64,000 bases of DNA from Fistulifera solaris (lineage: Eukaryota): positions 868,001 to 932,000 of the forward strand of contig AP026125.1 of NCBI GenBank assembly GCA_030295235.1, given 5' to 3'. Below, one piece after another: positions 51,100-63,778 of this stretch (position 1 is its first letter; each line of letters begins with the position of its first letter). The translations under genes and the position numbers were made by a program. Below the pieces are notes generated by a model. That model was not told where the DNA came from. It did no database searches and saw only the letters and a list, made by a program, of their open reading frames with translations.

Positions 51100-54000
51100 A
51101 ATATCTGCCAAATTCGTCTTCGTGAGGCTCGTAGGATACATCAACGATACCCATTGCAACTCGGCCACGCATATAGTGATATGCCACCGAATTGGACTTC
51201 TTCTTCAGAACTGATTCAGGAATACTCGAGTTCTTGATCACCGACATATTGTCACCTTTGACAACCGCAGGATCTTCTACCGGCACACCCATCATCTGTA
51301 GTTTGTACCGTAGACCTTCGATTAACTCGACCGCCCGTTTTCATAGCACTAAACTCAGCACCAAATGTCGACGTCTCAATCGAAGTTTGCTTCTTGCTGT
51401 ACCATACTGTCAATGACCTGTTCAAATAGATCAAGACACCTGTACGGGAACGACGAGTAACATGGTCACCTGCCAAGTCAGCATCAACGAAACACGTTAT
51501 TTGCACAGGCTTACCCAATGGCTTTGGACAATCCGTTGGAATCATAGGCTTAGCATCTCGGTAAAAGTCATTCCAATCAGGTCTAGGTTGTCTGGCGTGC
51601 TCGACATACGAAGGATCGAACACAATCTTAGACCTTTCATGTGACCTCAAATATGCAAAGACATGCACAACCGCAGCTAGATGGCCTTTCCTTGGCATCG
51701 CACTGTGAGACGCAAGCATCGAAACTTCACCACAAATATCAACTCTTCCAAGCTCGACCATCCAGCCGTAAAACCCCTATCTGCGAAAGTGATAAAACTG
51801 GATTTCGCCGTCATCGCACTCCCGGCGATATGTCAAGCTCCGGACGGTACTTCGGTGGTAAAACACTTGACGCCTTCTTCGGGTAAAGCCTCATCTCGCT
51901 TTTCCAACCAAAGACAAACGTTTCAGTATTGCTTCCTTCACATATTCATTCGAACTCATCGACCAACAAGGCTTTTCATCACCCGGGAATTGATGCTGAC
52001 CAATCGTCGAACCCAAGTAGCGAAGTCGGCTTGCCTATCGAACCTTCTTTCAGAAGAAAGTGTTGATCAAGCTTGTATAGAATAGCTTCCGGCGCTGCAG
52101 AAACACACAGGATGTCATCCGTATAGACCAATACCAACTCGTAGTAACTAGTCCCATCCGCTTTCTGTGCCGGCCGTATCCATACATCGTTATCCCATTT
52201 CGACAAGGTGTAAAACTCAACGACTCATGCAAACACTCACTCAGATATGACCTCCACGCAGCTCCAGAACTCTTCAGTCCGTAAAGAGCTTTCACGATTT
52301 TCGCCTTTCGACCTTTGAACTGTGGACCAAATTCGGCACCGCAAATAATAAAGATTCGTTCTCGAACTGGTGCATTCAAGTACGCATTTCCAATATCTGC
52401 CGCCATAATGTCCAAATCGTTCAATGCCGCGAAGTAGGAAGGCAATCCGCACGCTTTCTCTCGATACAACACTAGCATAGGTAATCGAGCTCGGCGGATC
52501 CGTCATGTGTCCCCCCTGCTACGAGGGCGGGCCTTCCGTGTGAAATCTGGTTTTATATCAAAAACCATGTGAACCCCAATCTTGGTAAAACCAGCAGGAT
52601 CGGGAGCGTCTTCGTCAAGGATCTGAAACGCCCTTAGCTACCGCGACGCATCTCTTCGCGAACGCCCCAAAAAGTCAGTTCCCGTAGCGCGATCAATCGC
52701 CAATGCTTCTTCGACTGTCTTTGGCAACGCGATTCCATATTTCTGAGTAACACGAAAGTAGCTTAGCCATCGCTTTGATGATCCTGGTCCTTCTCTTGAG
52801 CGTGTAGGGAACCCACCATGAGAAAGCAGGCTCCTCAGCAATCTGTCTCGCAACAGCAAATTCCGCTAACTGTAAAGGGTGAGACTGCTTTAGGTCTTTC
52901 AGTTTCTCCCAAGTAGTAGTGCCATCATTCCATAGACAACACAGCTTCCATCCCTTGGTAGTCCGCTTAGGATACTTTCGGTTGTTGTGGATCACGAATG
53001 CCTCTTCATGCGGAACCGCTGCGACGACTCTTTCTTGTAGTCCACTATTTCCTTTAGGACATAACTCGCGAGCCCATGGTCATCCACTTCGGCATAGATG
53101 GCTTCAGCGATCTGATTCGCATGATAAGCCTCCACTTCACCCGTATCAAATTCAATCTCATACAGAGCGGTATCGAGCAAAGGGTTAGGATGGTACCGGC
53201 CAATAGGATTCCCGTCTTGATCGTGCTTCCGACCTTTAACCGCATCACGACATCGAAAGTCCCCTATGGAAGCATTACCCTTGCTGAGACATATTGATTG
53301 TATGAATCGTAATCAAACTCATCAGCTTCCTTTATCTCGGGAACTTCGGGATCTTGCGACCGGTCGGAACATAGTATTCCAACTCTGGGGTGCGCTCGTC
53401 TTCCGGTATCTCGGTCGGATCCAAGGGCATGGCTCGGTCCTTCAGCTTTTGCTCCAACGTCTGCGTGAACTTTGCCATCAACTCAGCAACGGCTTGGCTA
53501 TTCTGTTCCTCAACTGACAAAGGGAAAACACTTGTACGGGAAATCGGTCGACCAGAAGCGGGTAGGATCCTAGCACATAGGACATCACCGACATCGAAAC
53601 TGGGACCAAGGTATCTTCCAAGATGCTTCCTTTCCATATTTTCGTCTTGAGGCGAGATAAACCAAACCCAATCATACCAACCGAACTCACAAATGTGTGA
53701 AATATCAGCGGTGTCCCCTGTCAAAAGCGTCATGCACTTCACCATCTAACTGTCTTATGGAAAGACAAGAGTGGCTCCGAACATACGCGTGGTAGACCAA
53801 ACATAGGTCCCATAGACAACGTGGGGAATTCGTGCGAATCATAGCACGCCCTATACATCCTTTTCAATTCACGAATGCCGTCTTCAGCGAGGGTTGGCGT
53901 TGTGTGCTTCGATCGGCCTAATGGTCGCTTGCACTCGTTGCGCCTTTCGCTTAAACTCTCCTGCTGTCAACTCTCCGGCATTGTCTGGAATCAAAGTGTG

Positions 54001-56504
54001 AGGGACTCCGACGCTGACGAAACAAGTTGTCAAGCGTGTAATGGGCATCGCTTTTCTTTTCAATCGGGTCCACACATATCCAGTGAAAGGGGGTGCAATA
54101 CACAGCCGCATATTTGTTACCCAGCAGTGAGACACATGTACCGACCAGAATGTCGCAGTACATCTCCGTATTAAGCCGAGGATAACGCAGCTGGTACGCG
54201 AAATGGTTTGAGACGGCAGCGTTCCAGAGACTGTCGAGAAGTCCCGAATTGCCCGTTGGCGTCATTCGCTGGAGCGTTTAGCCGTCTCGAATCCCTATAC
54301 TCCATCGTTTTGCCAAATCTTCGGGTGCGACATATGCTTTCCGGTTCTTCGTTGAGATTGCAGCACTTGTAAGCGAAGCAGCATACGAATCGATGTCAAA
54401 AGCTGCCGAACCGCTCAGCTGAAATCACAGCAATCGAACGAGCTGGCGGGACAAATGTGCGCTCACTTCAGAATCGAACCAAGCATCCTCTGTCCCCCTA
54501 AACGAAGCTCAGAGTCAAGGGAAACACGCAATGAGTCCTCATCATGCGCGTGGTTAGAATCCATAGGATCCCAGAACGACTTCGGAGGTGACGTTTACAT
54601 GGATGCAGTCAACGTCCGAGCTCAGTTCGTTGTCGGTCGGTCGGCGAGTGGGGAAATATGAAATAGTCCCCATCAGTTTCAAAGGAATCTGGAGAGCTGG
54701 CTCAGAAAACAAAATAGAATGGCTCTCCGGGCGACGTTGTTCCGGGAGGTAGGTGTAGGAGAGGAGTTTCATTCACAACGACTTGGTTGTGCCGAAGTTG
54801 AGCGGGGCTGATCAAGTGTCCATGCATGTTTGAAAAGTAGAGTGACTGGTGAAAGAACAAAACGTGGGTTTGCAGCGTCGTGGGGCAATCGTATGCAACC
54901 GCGAACTGTACCAATGGGAACTTTGGTCACTTTCCCAAGAGAACTAATGAATGGTTCCACCGAAACTGTTTCGGCCGGTATCATACACGAGAACCGCTCG
55001 TCTTTACCGAACGAGCAAGTATCGCGAGTGCGAGTCCAATTCAGCTCTACCAGGAGTCTGTTGTCGCATTGCCGCCGCGAACTCGCTGCACCGCCAGTCA
55101 AGGTCGTCGACTCATGCGGTTACCTGTCGACTCAACCACATCGTCACTATCGGAGTCAGCCGTCTCAACAGCTGAAGCATTTCGCCCTCGGACTTAGCCC
55201 TTTCACGAGCATTGCGAACTTCTTCCTGTTTCTCTTTTGGCAACTTGATCCACTCCTTCCATTTGTAGTACGGGACACCATCCTTGCCTTTCTTTGCTTT
55301 TCCGCCCTTTCCTTTACCAGATTTGCCGCCACCTTTCTTGTTGTTACCGCCGCCAGAATTTCTGGTAACCGAAGAAATGTTGCTAGTGGAACCACGGGTC
55401 TTTGCTGCATCTTGCTTCTTTCTATCAACCTGCTCAGCCAAGTAGTTCATCGCGCTGAAGGTACTTTCCAACACAGCATCAGCCCGGACGCTGCTCGACG
55501 CTTCATCTTTAGTTCATCTGCCCAGATGTTGTCTAGAAAGATTCGTACCTTCCTATCTTCAGTCATCACCTCACCCGCCTCTTCCAAGTCCAAGAAAGCC
55601 AAGTTAAGCTTCTGACAGTAGTCTTCAAAGGTGAAGTTACGCCTTTCCATCATAGAAGACTGTCGAAAGGACTCGGTCGGCCTGAGCAATGTTGGGCGCT
55701 TCTGATAAGAATGCCCCATATAGTGAGTCTTCAAGGCAAAATAAGCGCGTCCATCCTTGCTGTAAGCAAAAGGCTTAACCCAATTCCAAGCTGGTCCACC
55801 GTGTGAAACCTGACGAATAACGCCTCCACAGCATCATATTGTCTTCTTCATACTGGTCTCCATCATGGCGAAAGTGACGAACAAGTTCCGACATAGCATC
55901 AGGGACACCGAAACCTGGATCATCAACCCCTTCGATTCCATCGGGATCGACATGCTCCCGCACAAGGTACGACAAAGGCGCACCATAAGCTCCAAGGTGA
56001 TTGCCAAGTACCTCGCCGATGTCTTCAATCGTCTTCCCGAGCGTTTTCCACCTTCAACAACACATCAATCTTAGGAAGATCTTTGTTGGTCTCACGCATG
56101 CGAATGCGCCACGCAAAGTCCAAGCGCTGCCCAATCGAGCAAGAGTTGCAAAGCCAGGAACAAACTCGCGCTGCAAGCGGTGCAAGTGGAAAAGGAAGTA
56201 GCGAAGCTGACGAACACGGAGCTCAAGATTGACTCCGATCGCAATACCACGGTTCGGAATCATCGCGAGGTTGCATCGGTGCAGCCTCCGCTCCAGCCGC
56301 AGGAGGGACAAAGGCTGGGTTTGGAATCAAACCCCCAGGGTTTCAATCTTCGTAAAGATCTCCTGAACGTACTTATCACTCCGGTGCGTCAAGTCGTCAA
56401 ACGCTGGTAATGCCTTGGCCATTGATGGCCTGATGAGCTGCCGCATCCTCAATAAAGAGGACATCACGGAGGTAGTTGTTGAATGCAGCAAGATTGGCTG
56501 CCAT
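51100..56504 (-). pseudogene. gag-pol polyprotein of the copia element, fragmented by many frameshifts in this assembly
   Basis: gag starts MAANLAAFNNYL (56504), FTFEDYCQKL. Protease ELDSH near 55040. Integrase MYCDIL / IPDNAGE / AEDGIRELK. Chromo-like KGWKLCCLWNDGTTTWE. RT ADIGNAYLNA, KALYGLKSSG, LVYTDD. RNase H FVDADLAGD..TRRSRTG, IETSTFGAEF, GDNMSVI, LKKKSNSVAYH. Confidence 0.88.
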
Positions 56505-57375
56505 CGTAAACAAGGAGAAAGGAGAGAAAGTTCACAAATCGGAATGCGAGGGAGATAAAACGTAAACGACGTTTTCTTTTTCTTTTTTGTGTGCGAAACT
56601 GCATCGTCGCTAAAACGTTTGCACGAAATTCGACCCCTTTACTCTCCCTTCGAGAGTGTTGTTTACTGTAGGGAACTCCAGTGTAAAGCGCCAAAAGTGC
56701 CCTTATGTACGTAAGGCCATTGTACACACTAGCCCATACAGAATAATCGTCCACACCCTCATTTAGCTCTGAATCCGTTCATAGTCAAAAAAACAGATCG
56801 GCCTAAACAGTATAGAACACGACCTCGGACAGGCCAAAATACACGCACAACACGATTTCACTTGCGCAACTTCTCGCGAAATCCGACGATGTTGTGCTTT
56901 GACCGCCTCTGGAGGAAAAACATTCCTCCACCATGAGGACTTCGCAACAATCGGGTGAATAATTCACTCATTTATGTATTCTAGCATTAAAGGTGTATTA
57001 GCATGTATACGAGGCGCCCCCATATTTTACCGACAAGTGACATAATCACTGTGGTCCGATGCATCCATCGACAGAGCCAGAACTGTCAATAAAGGAAAGC
57101 AACGGTGCTTCATAAGCGCTAATTACCTCACAAACCCAGCCATCTAATCAAGACATATGATTAACATGATGACTCCATGGGGTCGACCTATACATAAGGT
57201 CATGATCTCACATTTTCATGTGGACAATTGTCGACTTCCGACAACGCCGAGATCATCTCCTTGACCACTCAAGCCCAACAGTTAGTAACACATACATAAG
57301 GAACATTACTCTTACGATATTACCATTGTTTTCCTGTGTATTTCATCGTTTCAGAGGGATTCATCGCGAAACCCC

Positions 57376-57386
57376 GGCTTTTAACC
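57376..57386 (-). promoter_or_regulatory. Putative primer-binding site GGTTAAAAGCC, complementary to a tRNA-Lys(UUU) anticodon stem-loop
   Basis: The + strand reads GGCT-TTT-AACC directly adjacent to the LTR, the same register as the copia/Ty5 half-tRNA(iMet) site (..CAT-AACC). Confidence 0.65.
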
Positions 57387-57474
57387 CGAAATAAGGCAGT
57401 GGTGTAAAATTATGACTACAAGTGTTACATCTACCACGGAGGCTTCCCCGTCTGTACTACACTCGGTTATTTCG
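57387..57474 (-). repeat. 5' LTR (88 bp) with 8-bp terminal inverted repeat CGAAATAA...TTATTTCG
   Basis: Similarity to the other copy starts and stops exactly at these bases. The putative PBS abuts it. Confidence 0.9.
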
Positions 57475-57477
57475 CCA

Positions 57478-57600
57478 GACTCCTCCTCCGGACTCCTCGG
57501 TCCGCTTTAGACTCCTCCTCCGGACTCATAGTCCGCTGTAGACTCCTCCACCAGACTCGGTCTGCTTTAGACTCCCTGGACTCCTCGTCCGGACTCCTAG
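57478..57600. repeat. ~30-bp 'agactcctcctccggactc' minisatellite (~4 copies); a related stub lies at 50625-50648 on the other side of the retroelement
   Basis: Units of 32, 31 and 29 bp beginning agactcc; ctccggact also occurs just left of the 3' LTR. Confidence 0.8.
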
Positions 57601-57984
57601 TTTTTGTAGTCTCTAGAGAGAGAGAGTTCATTGCTGTTCGAAGGCCAGTTTTAATCGGCAGTTTCGCATTTCTTATTTCGTTTTTCGCAATCTTATTTTC
57701 GTATTTCACATTCGTATTTCGTATCCATGGATTTACAGAGAAAATGACAGACGAACTTCTTTATTTTTTACTGTCCTTTATGCGCAAATGCGAAGTGTGC
57801 GGCGTGCGGCCGCGCAAAAATACGAAAATGGGATATAAGTTCGGTTAACCTTAGGCGAAAGTTTACGTTCTGAAAATATCTTTGCAACAAACTCGCAACA
57901 TCGCTCGCATGATGAATTAGTGAAAGACGAGAAGCATCCCTCGTACAAACCAAGTAAACTTCTCCTTCATTTAATTATATCATT

Positions 57985-58922
57985 ATGTCCGCAAGTAAGC
58001 TCATCGTCGACAAGGCCCTTCGTGCCTCCATCAGCCTCGGCTCGTCAAAAATTCCCAGCGAATTGGCAAAATCGAGCGCTGCTTTCCTTTCCAGCGGAGC
58101 AACGAAGGCTACTCTTCCCGACCTTCCTTATGATTACGATGCCCTAGAGCGTAAGTACAATCATTAGCAGACCGATCGTGGGGAATGTTTGAAATCTCAC
58201 TTTTGAAGAATCAATACAGCTGTCATTTCCTCGGAAACCATGACGCTTCACCACACCAAGCATCATAATACATACGTTAGCAACTTGAATGCTGGTATGG
58301 AAAAGCTCGATGCGGCCATCACAGCTGGAGACGTTTCGGGTATTATTGCTTTACAGGGAGCGCTCAAATTCAACGGCGGAGGTCATTTGAATCACACACG
58401 TAAGTGTCAGATCGTTTGGAGAAATGTTTCCGCCTTCTATTGCTCGTCGTGCTCACGTCTTCTATGAATCTTTTGCAGTTTTCTGGGAAAATCTCGCACC
58501 CACTGGTAAATCATCCCGACCCTCTGGTCACTTGGAAGCCTGTATTATCAACTGCTTTGGTAGTGTGGATGCCATGAAGTCAGAGTTGAGCGCGAAGAGT
58601 ATCGCCATTCAGGGAAGCGGATGGGGATGGCTCGGATACAACACTGCCACCGGTGGGTATAATCTGTGAATGAGTTGTGGTGATGCTTCGAATCTGTTTT
58701 ACTAACACTTTCTCTGCATCAGGACGCATGGAAGTTGCCACCTGTGCGAACCAAGATCCGTTGCAGGCAACCACTGGTCTTGTTCCTTTGTTGGGCATTG
58801 ATGTCTGGGAGCATGCATACTATGTCGATTACAGGAACGTCCGTCCTGACTATGTCAAAGCAGTTTGGGACATTGTCAATTGGGATGTGGTGGCGGAACG
58901 CCTGGCTGCAGTGAAGAAGTAG
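57985..58922 (+). CDS. SOD2: Manganese superoxide dismutase (mitochondrial-type), 4 exons; introns ~58151-58219, ~58400-58478, ~58653-58722
   Basis: [64 protein letters not shown]. Confidence 0.95.
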
Positions 58923-59128
58923 AGAGAATCTTCATGATCAAAAACTGCTTATATTTTAATTCATTTATTACACTTCATCGATTAGCAATAGGTATTGAGA
59001 ATTTACTGACACTTGTATACCAAAATACTATTTGATGTGGTAAATCTACATTCAAGGATGTCTCGTCTGCTTTCACCAGAAATACTATTAGCGACTCTGT
59101 AACGCGAAGGATGCCCAGTAAGTCAAGA

Positions 59129-60894
59129 CTAAGTCATTGTTCTATACATCGCCTGTGGTTCGTCTTGGTTCGAGTATCTATTATGATAAAGAGTACGTTG
59201 CCCAAGAGTCTCAGGCATAAAGGCAAACAGCAAGATCGGTATGAAAGAGATACATAGCGATCCAGTCAAACTGGCGACGTGACCGAACTTCTCAACGACC
59301 AGTTGGCCTAAAAAGTTCGAAAGCGTCGCACCAAGTCCAAAACAAGATGCCGTAAGGCCCACTGAAAATGAGAAGGCAATGTAAGAGCCAGAATTAACCA
59401 CCCGAAGAAGCATCAGGGTATTACTCACTCAATACATTGAAGCGGCCAGTACCAAATGTGATATCCGCAACCAAATATGGGTGAATCAATCCCGATAAAC
59501 CAGCACCTAATCCATCCAAGATCTGAGTTGAAAGTAAGTAAGAATCACCGGCATCTTTCCAGAATATTATGAGAGCACATCGAATTGGTAGTGAAAGCAG
59601 ACCGGCCATGAATAACGGCTTGCGACCTACTCCTCGCAGCGTTAACCGATCACCGACGTAAGTAGCGACAGCCATGATTAGTTGCGCCAATACGATCGCA
59701 CCCGCAATCAGCGGTATAGCACTTCGTCTCGGAGCACCGGTTTCATCATCACCACCCATCAGCTCTCCAAGAACAAGAAGGACGTTTGCGTTTGCGAAAC
59801 TAAGAAATAGGTGAGATGTGCGCTTTGTGACGAATCGAATACCAGAGGAACTTACTGAAAAAAGAAACCCGTAAGACAGAGCAATACGGATTTGATATCG
59901 GAAAAGACCACCCAATACGAGGCTGCCTGGGGTGTGCTTCCATTTCCTGCAACTTCTGTCGTTTCATCAGATTCGAGACGCTCAATATGGCCTTGCTCGT
60001 CGAGAGCTATCTTTCCAGCAAACCCTGCGATTCGTGTTTCCACACTATGTGAGCCAATGCAGAGGAATACAAGGATATCGGTACAAAAAACCCACCTCGT
60101 CCCATGTTTTGATCACCCACTGGAAGGAACTGAACGAAAAAGCAAGCCATCAATGCAGACGCCCCCACGACCAGAAAGCAGTACTTGATATCCGGATAGA
60201 ACGTGAAAGCGAAAATTCCAGCTAAGATGGCAGCAGCCACCGACCCGATATGACCAAAAGAAGATTTGAGGCCATCACGGCATCAAAGTGGTTCGGCCCG
60301 AACGTCGATAACGTTAAAGCAGCGAGACAAGGCCCGATGAACGAGGACGTTACTCCTTCAATGACTTTGGTTATGAAAATAAGCATATGATCATTGTTGC
60401 CTTTTCGGACAAACAGAATTGCGGAGGCAGAAGCAGCTGTGAATAGACTCGCTACTGACAAGAAAATACGGCGATCCAATGCCGTTTTGTCGACCCAGTC
60501 TCCCGCCCATGGCTGAATGATGAGAGCAGTGAAACCCATCAAACTCAGTGCGATTCCGACATTTGACTCGTTCCATCCTAGTCCTACCAAATAGATACCT
60601 TGAAAAATCTAGTTTGCAAAGAAGCACGTGTGCAAGGGAAGGAATCAGGGAACTTCATCAGATATTCCTCGATCACAAAATAAGCATATATTATACTCAC
60701 ATTAAGTCCATCACCTTATCAGTCGAACACCGAAAGATTTGTTTATCGTGAGTACCAAGTCGAATCCGAAAAGGTTAACGTACAAGTATTTGTCTGTTGC
60801 TACTCACCAAGCTCGCCCAGTGCGAAACTGACCACGAGGAATGCTATCTTAGGAGAAAGCATACTAAGGGTCGCCAGAGGGCTTTTGTCGACAT
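59129..60894 (-). CDS. MFS transporter, tandem copy 1 (multi-intron)
   Basis: GIYLVGLGWNESNVGIAL, QPWAGDWVDKT, FANANVLLVLGE, GVGRKPLF, QILDGLG, LVADITFGTGRFN, FGLGATLSN. Confidence 0.85.
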
Positions 60895-61435
60895 TTTACG
60901 TGCCCCAGTCTTTAAACCCGAGTGAAATGAGGCCTGTTAATTGATGTTGTGGATTTCAGTGATCACAACAAGCGACAGGCGCCTTCATCGCAAGAGAAGA
61001 ATGAGTGTATTGTTTATCGAAAAATGGCGGCCGATTTTTTTGCAATTGGCGATCGTCTCGACAAGGCGTCTGTCCGGTACTCGGACTATCCGTCGTAGTG
61101 TAGTTGAATTGTACCGGTAAGGCGTACAGGGTTTTATCGGCTAAGAAAACTGAAGCTAGACTAAGGAATCTAGAGACAACAGCAAACAGGAAATGATGAG
61201 AATGTTATGAGGTGTCTTTAGTTTATATATTATGTAAGCTAGCAGCTCAAAACCTTGAGTATAAAGTCCGAAAAGGCTTCGCAGTGGCGCTCTTCTCAAG
61301 TGTTTCACCTCAATAAGGCCAGCATACTCCACTCCAGGTCAGCTCAATAATTGACAAACCAGATAAAGCTGCTCAAACCTCTGATTTGATCTGGAAAGCG
61401 AACGCTTGCAATAGGATTACCAGTGTTGATGAAAT

Positions 61436-62960
61436 TTAAGTAAAACATCGGTACGGAGCTTCGATTTCTTTTTCGGGGGGATGAATGAAATCATTCAATG
61501 GTGTCCGACCACCAAGGGTCTCCGGCATGAAAGAAAAGATTAGAAGAGGAACGAAAGAAATGACAAGTGAAGCAAGCAAACTAGCCTCGTATCCCATAAC
61601 TTGAGCAGACCATTGCCCCAACAGATTTGAAAGAGTAGCGCCCAAACCGAAAGTTGCGGCCGTAAATCCCACTTTACGAAGATTCGCATGTTAGTAAACA
61701 ATCGGGAGATTCATACAACAGACTTCTGAACACTTACTAACAAGATTGAATCGACCGGAGCCGAATGTAATATCCGCCACCAGGAAAGGATGAATGATAC
61801 AAATCAGTCCGAAACCAATACCATCTAGAATTTCTGTGGTGAGCAAGAAGAATGGACCCGCATCTTTGAGCCAAAGGATCAAAGCGCACCGTATTGGTAG
61901 GCTTAAAAGCCCTACCATGAACAAAGGCTTTCGCCCCACGCCTCGTTGGGTCAACACATCAGCAGCATATGTGGCACCGACCATAACACTTTGTGCAATG
62001 ACTACAGCCGAAGCAATCATTGGAATAGAAGTCCGTTTAGGCGCCCCACTTGATGTATCTCCGCCCATGAGTTCGCCCAGAACCAGCAATACGTTCGCGT
62101 TGGCAAAACTGAATAGCAAGTGAGTAAAATTCCGACTGACCTTTGTTCGGGGTAACATCCACACTTACTGAAAGAAGAAACCAGATAGACTAAGAAGCAC
62201 GGTACGCTTGTCCGAGAGCACATCCCGGTATTTTGCTGCCTCGTTAGTCCCATCGCTGCTTCTCGCCTTTTTGACTTCTTGCCATTCTTCTGGGTTCATA
62301 GTGTTCTCCAGATGATTGTCTGTGTCTAGCGCCACCTTTCCAGCGAACCCACGACCTAGCTCGTGATCGCCCTCGGGCAGAAATTGAATAAAGAAAAACG
62401 AAGCCAGGGCAGCGAAACATAACACCAAGAAGCAGTATTTGACATGAGGATAGACAAAGTAGGCTACAAAGCCCGCCACGATGGCCACAACAACAGCGCC
62501 AAGATGGGCAAAAAGTAAATTGGAAGCCATGATGCTATCGAAATGGTTGGGTCCGAAACAAGCCAGTGTCAAAGCCGCTAAACATGGTTCAAAGAAAGCG
62601 GCCGATATCCCATCGATCATCTTGGAAATGAAAACAAGCCAATGGTCCTTGTTTCCTGGAGGGACAAGCAAGACGGAGCACGCCGTCACTGCAGTGACAA
62701 GTGAAACGGCCACCAGAATAAGACGTCGATCAATTGTAGTCCGATCGAGCCAATCCCCCTGCCCATGGCTGTATTATCAAGCAGGTAAAGCTCATGAAAC
62801 CTAGCGCCACACCGACGCTCGATTCATGCCAGCCAAGGCCGACTAAATAAATTCCCTGGAATATACTGAGACCATCGCCTAGCTCACCCAAGCAGAAAGA
62901 TGTCAGGAAAAATGCGACCGTTACAGGGAGAACGCTGAGAGACTGATTCTGAAATGTCAT
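61436..62960 (-). CDS. MFS transporter, tandem copy 2
   Basis: Paralogous motifs LGELGDGLSIFQGIYLVGLGW, FANANVLLVLGE, GVGRKPLF, LVADITFGSGRFN. Shares introns after FFQ and RFNxx with copy 1. Confidence 0.85.
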
Positions 62961-63778
62961 TCTTCTCTATTGGCAATTTTTATAGCCTCTGCTGTGCTGA
63001 ACGCCCTGAAGCTTCTGAAGGACAATTCAAGGTGCTGATCCTTTATTCTTGTGTTGTGTTTAACTCTTGGTAAGCCGCAAAGGCCAGGAATAATGGCGAT
63101 ATGAGAGAAGCGATAGATTATGCAGAAACTTATGGTGAAAATGATGTGTGAAGAGATGCACGTGGGGACTTGGGAGTAGGCCAGCGATGGGCGGGCTTAA
63201 CCGTCATGCTATAAACGGACAAAATACAGTAGCACGAGCCAAAAGTCACATTACAAGAGTACACCAAAGCATTGTCCTTAGGTCTTCGTTGAAGCCCGCG
63301 AAAATGATCTGCAGTATCACAAGTTTCGAAGGCAATAGAATACATAATGATTCAAGTACCGGGTAAGGATCGTTATGATTCCAACGAACATCAACGACCA
63401 AAAACATAAGAAAGTCTCGGATGTAGCTAAGGTTACCAAGGTTAAATGCTATAAAGTTCTCTCGCTTTGCACGGAAGGCCAAGCCTATAACAAGTAGTCA
63501 TGAGACTATCACCAACGCAGCCGGCCAAGGATTCGAGCGCTTATGGTTTCATCAATGGACTTTCAAACGACAACTGACAAGTTCAAACACGGATTACAGC
63601 TCACCTATAAACAATGTAGTTTCTACGTCACGCTAGCTCCCACGCGTATATAATGTCTTTTGTGCAGATTAGATGTGATTGGAAAGGAACCGTAGACCTT
63701 GCGTTCAATCATGAAAGTAAAGTCTGAGATTTTCCAATGCCATGGACTATGCTAAGCCACGAGCCGAGATAAGATCGT

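Larger units (their letters stand above)
50649..57474 (-). mobile_element. Ty1/copia LTR retrotransposon of the diatom CoDi type, full-length, 6.8 kb
   Basis: Direct repeats at 50649-50735 and 57387-57474 differ by one C. TSD CCAG at 50645-50648 and 57475-57478. Internal order gag-PR-IN-RT-RH is on the minus strand. Confidence 0.93.

Noticed and set aside
54830..55615. 261-aa plus-strand ORF antisense to gag
   Set aside because: Shadow of the minus-strand coding region with no domain features.
50612..57710. Outer TG...CA element (tgttgaaatac ... gtatttcaca) enclosing the copia element
   Set aside because: No matching TSD (agtct vs ttcgt), and the left motif is part of the local ~226-bp duplication.
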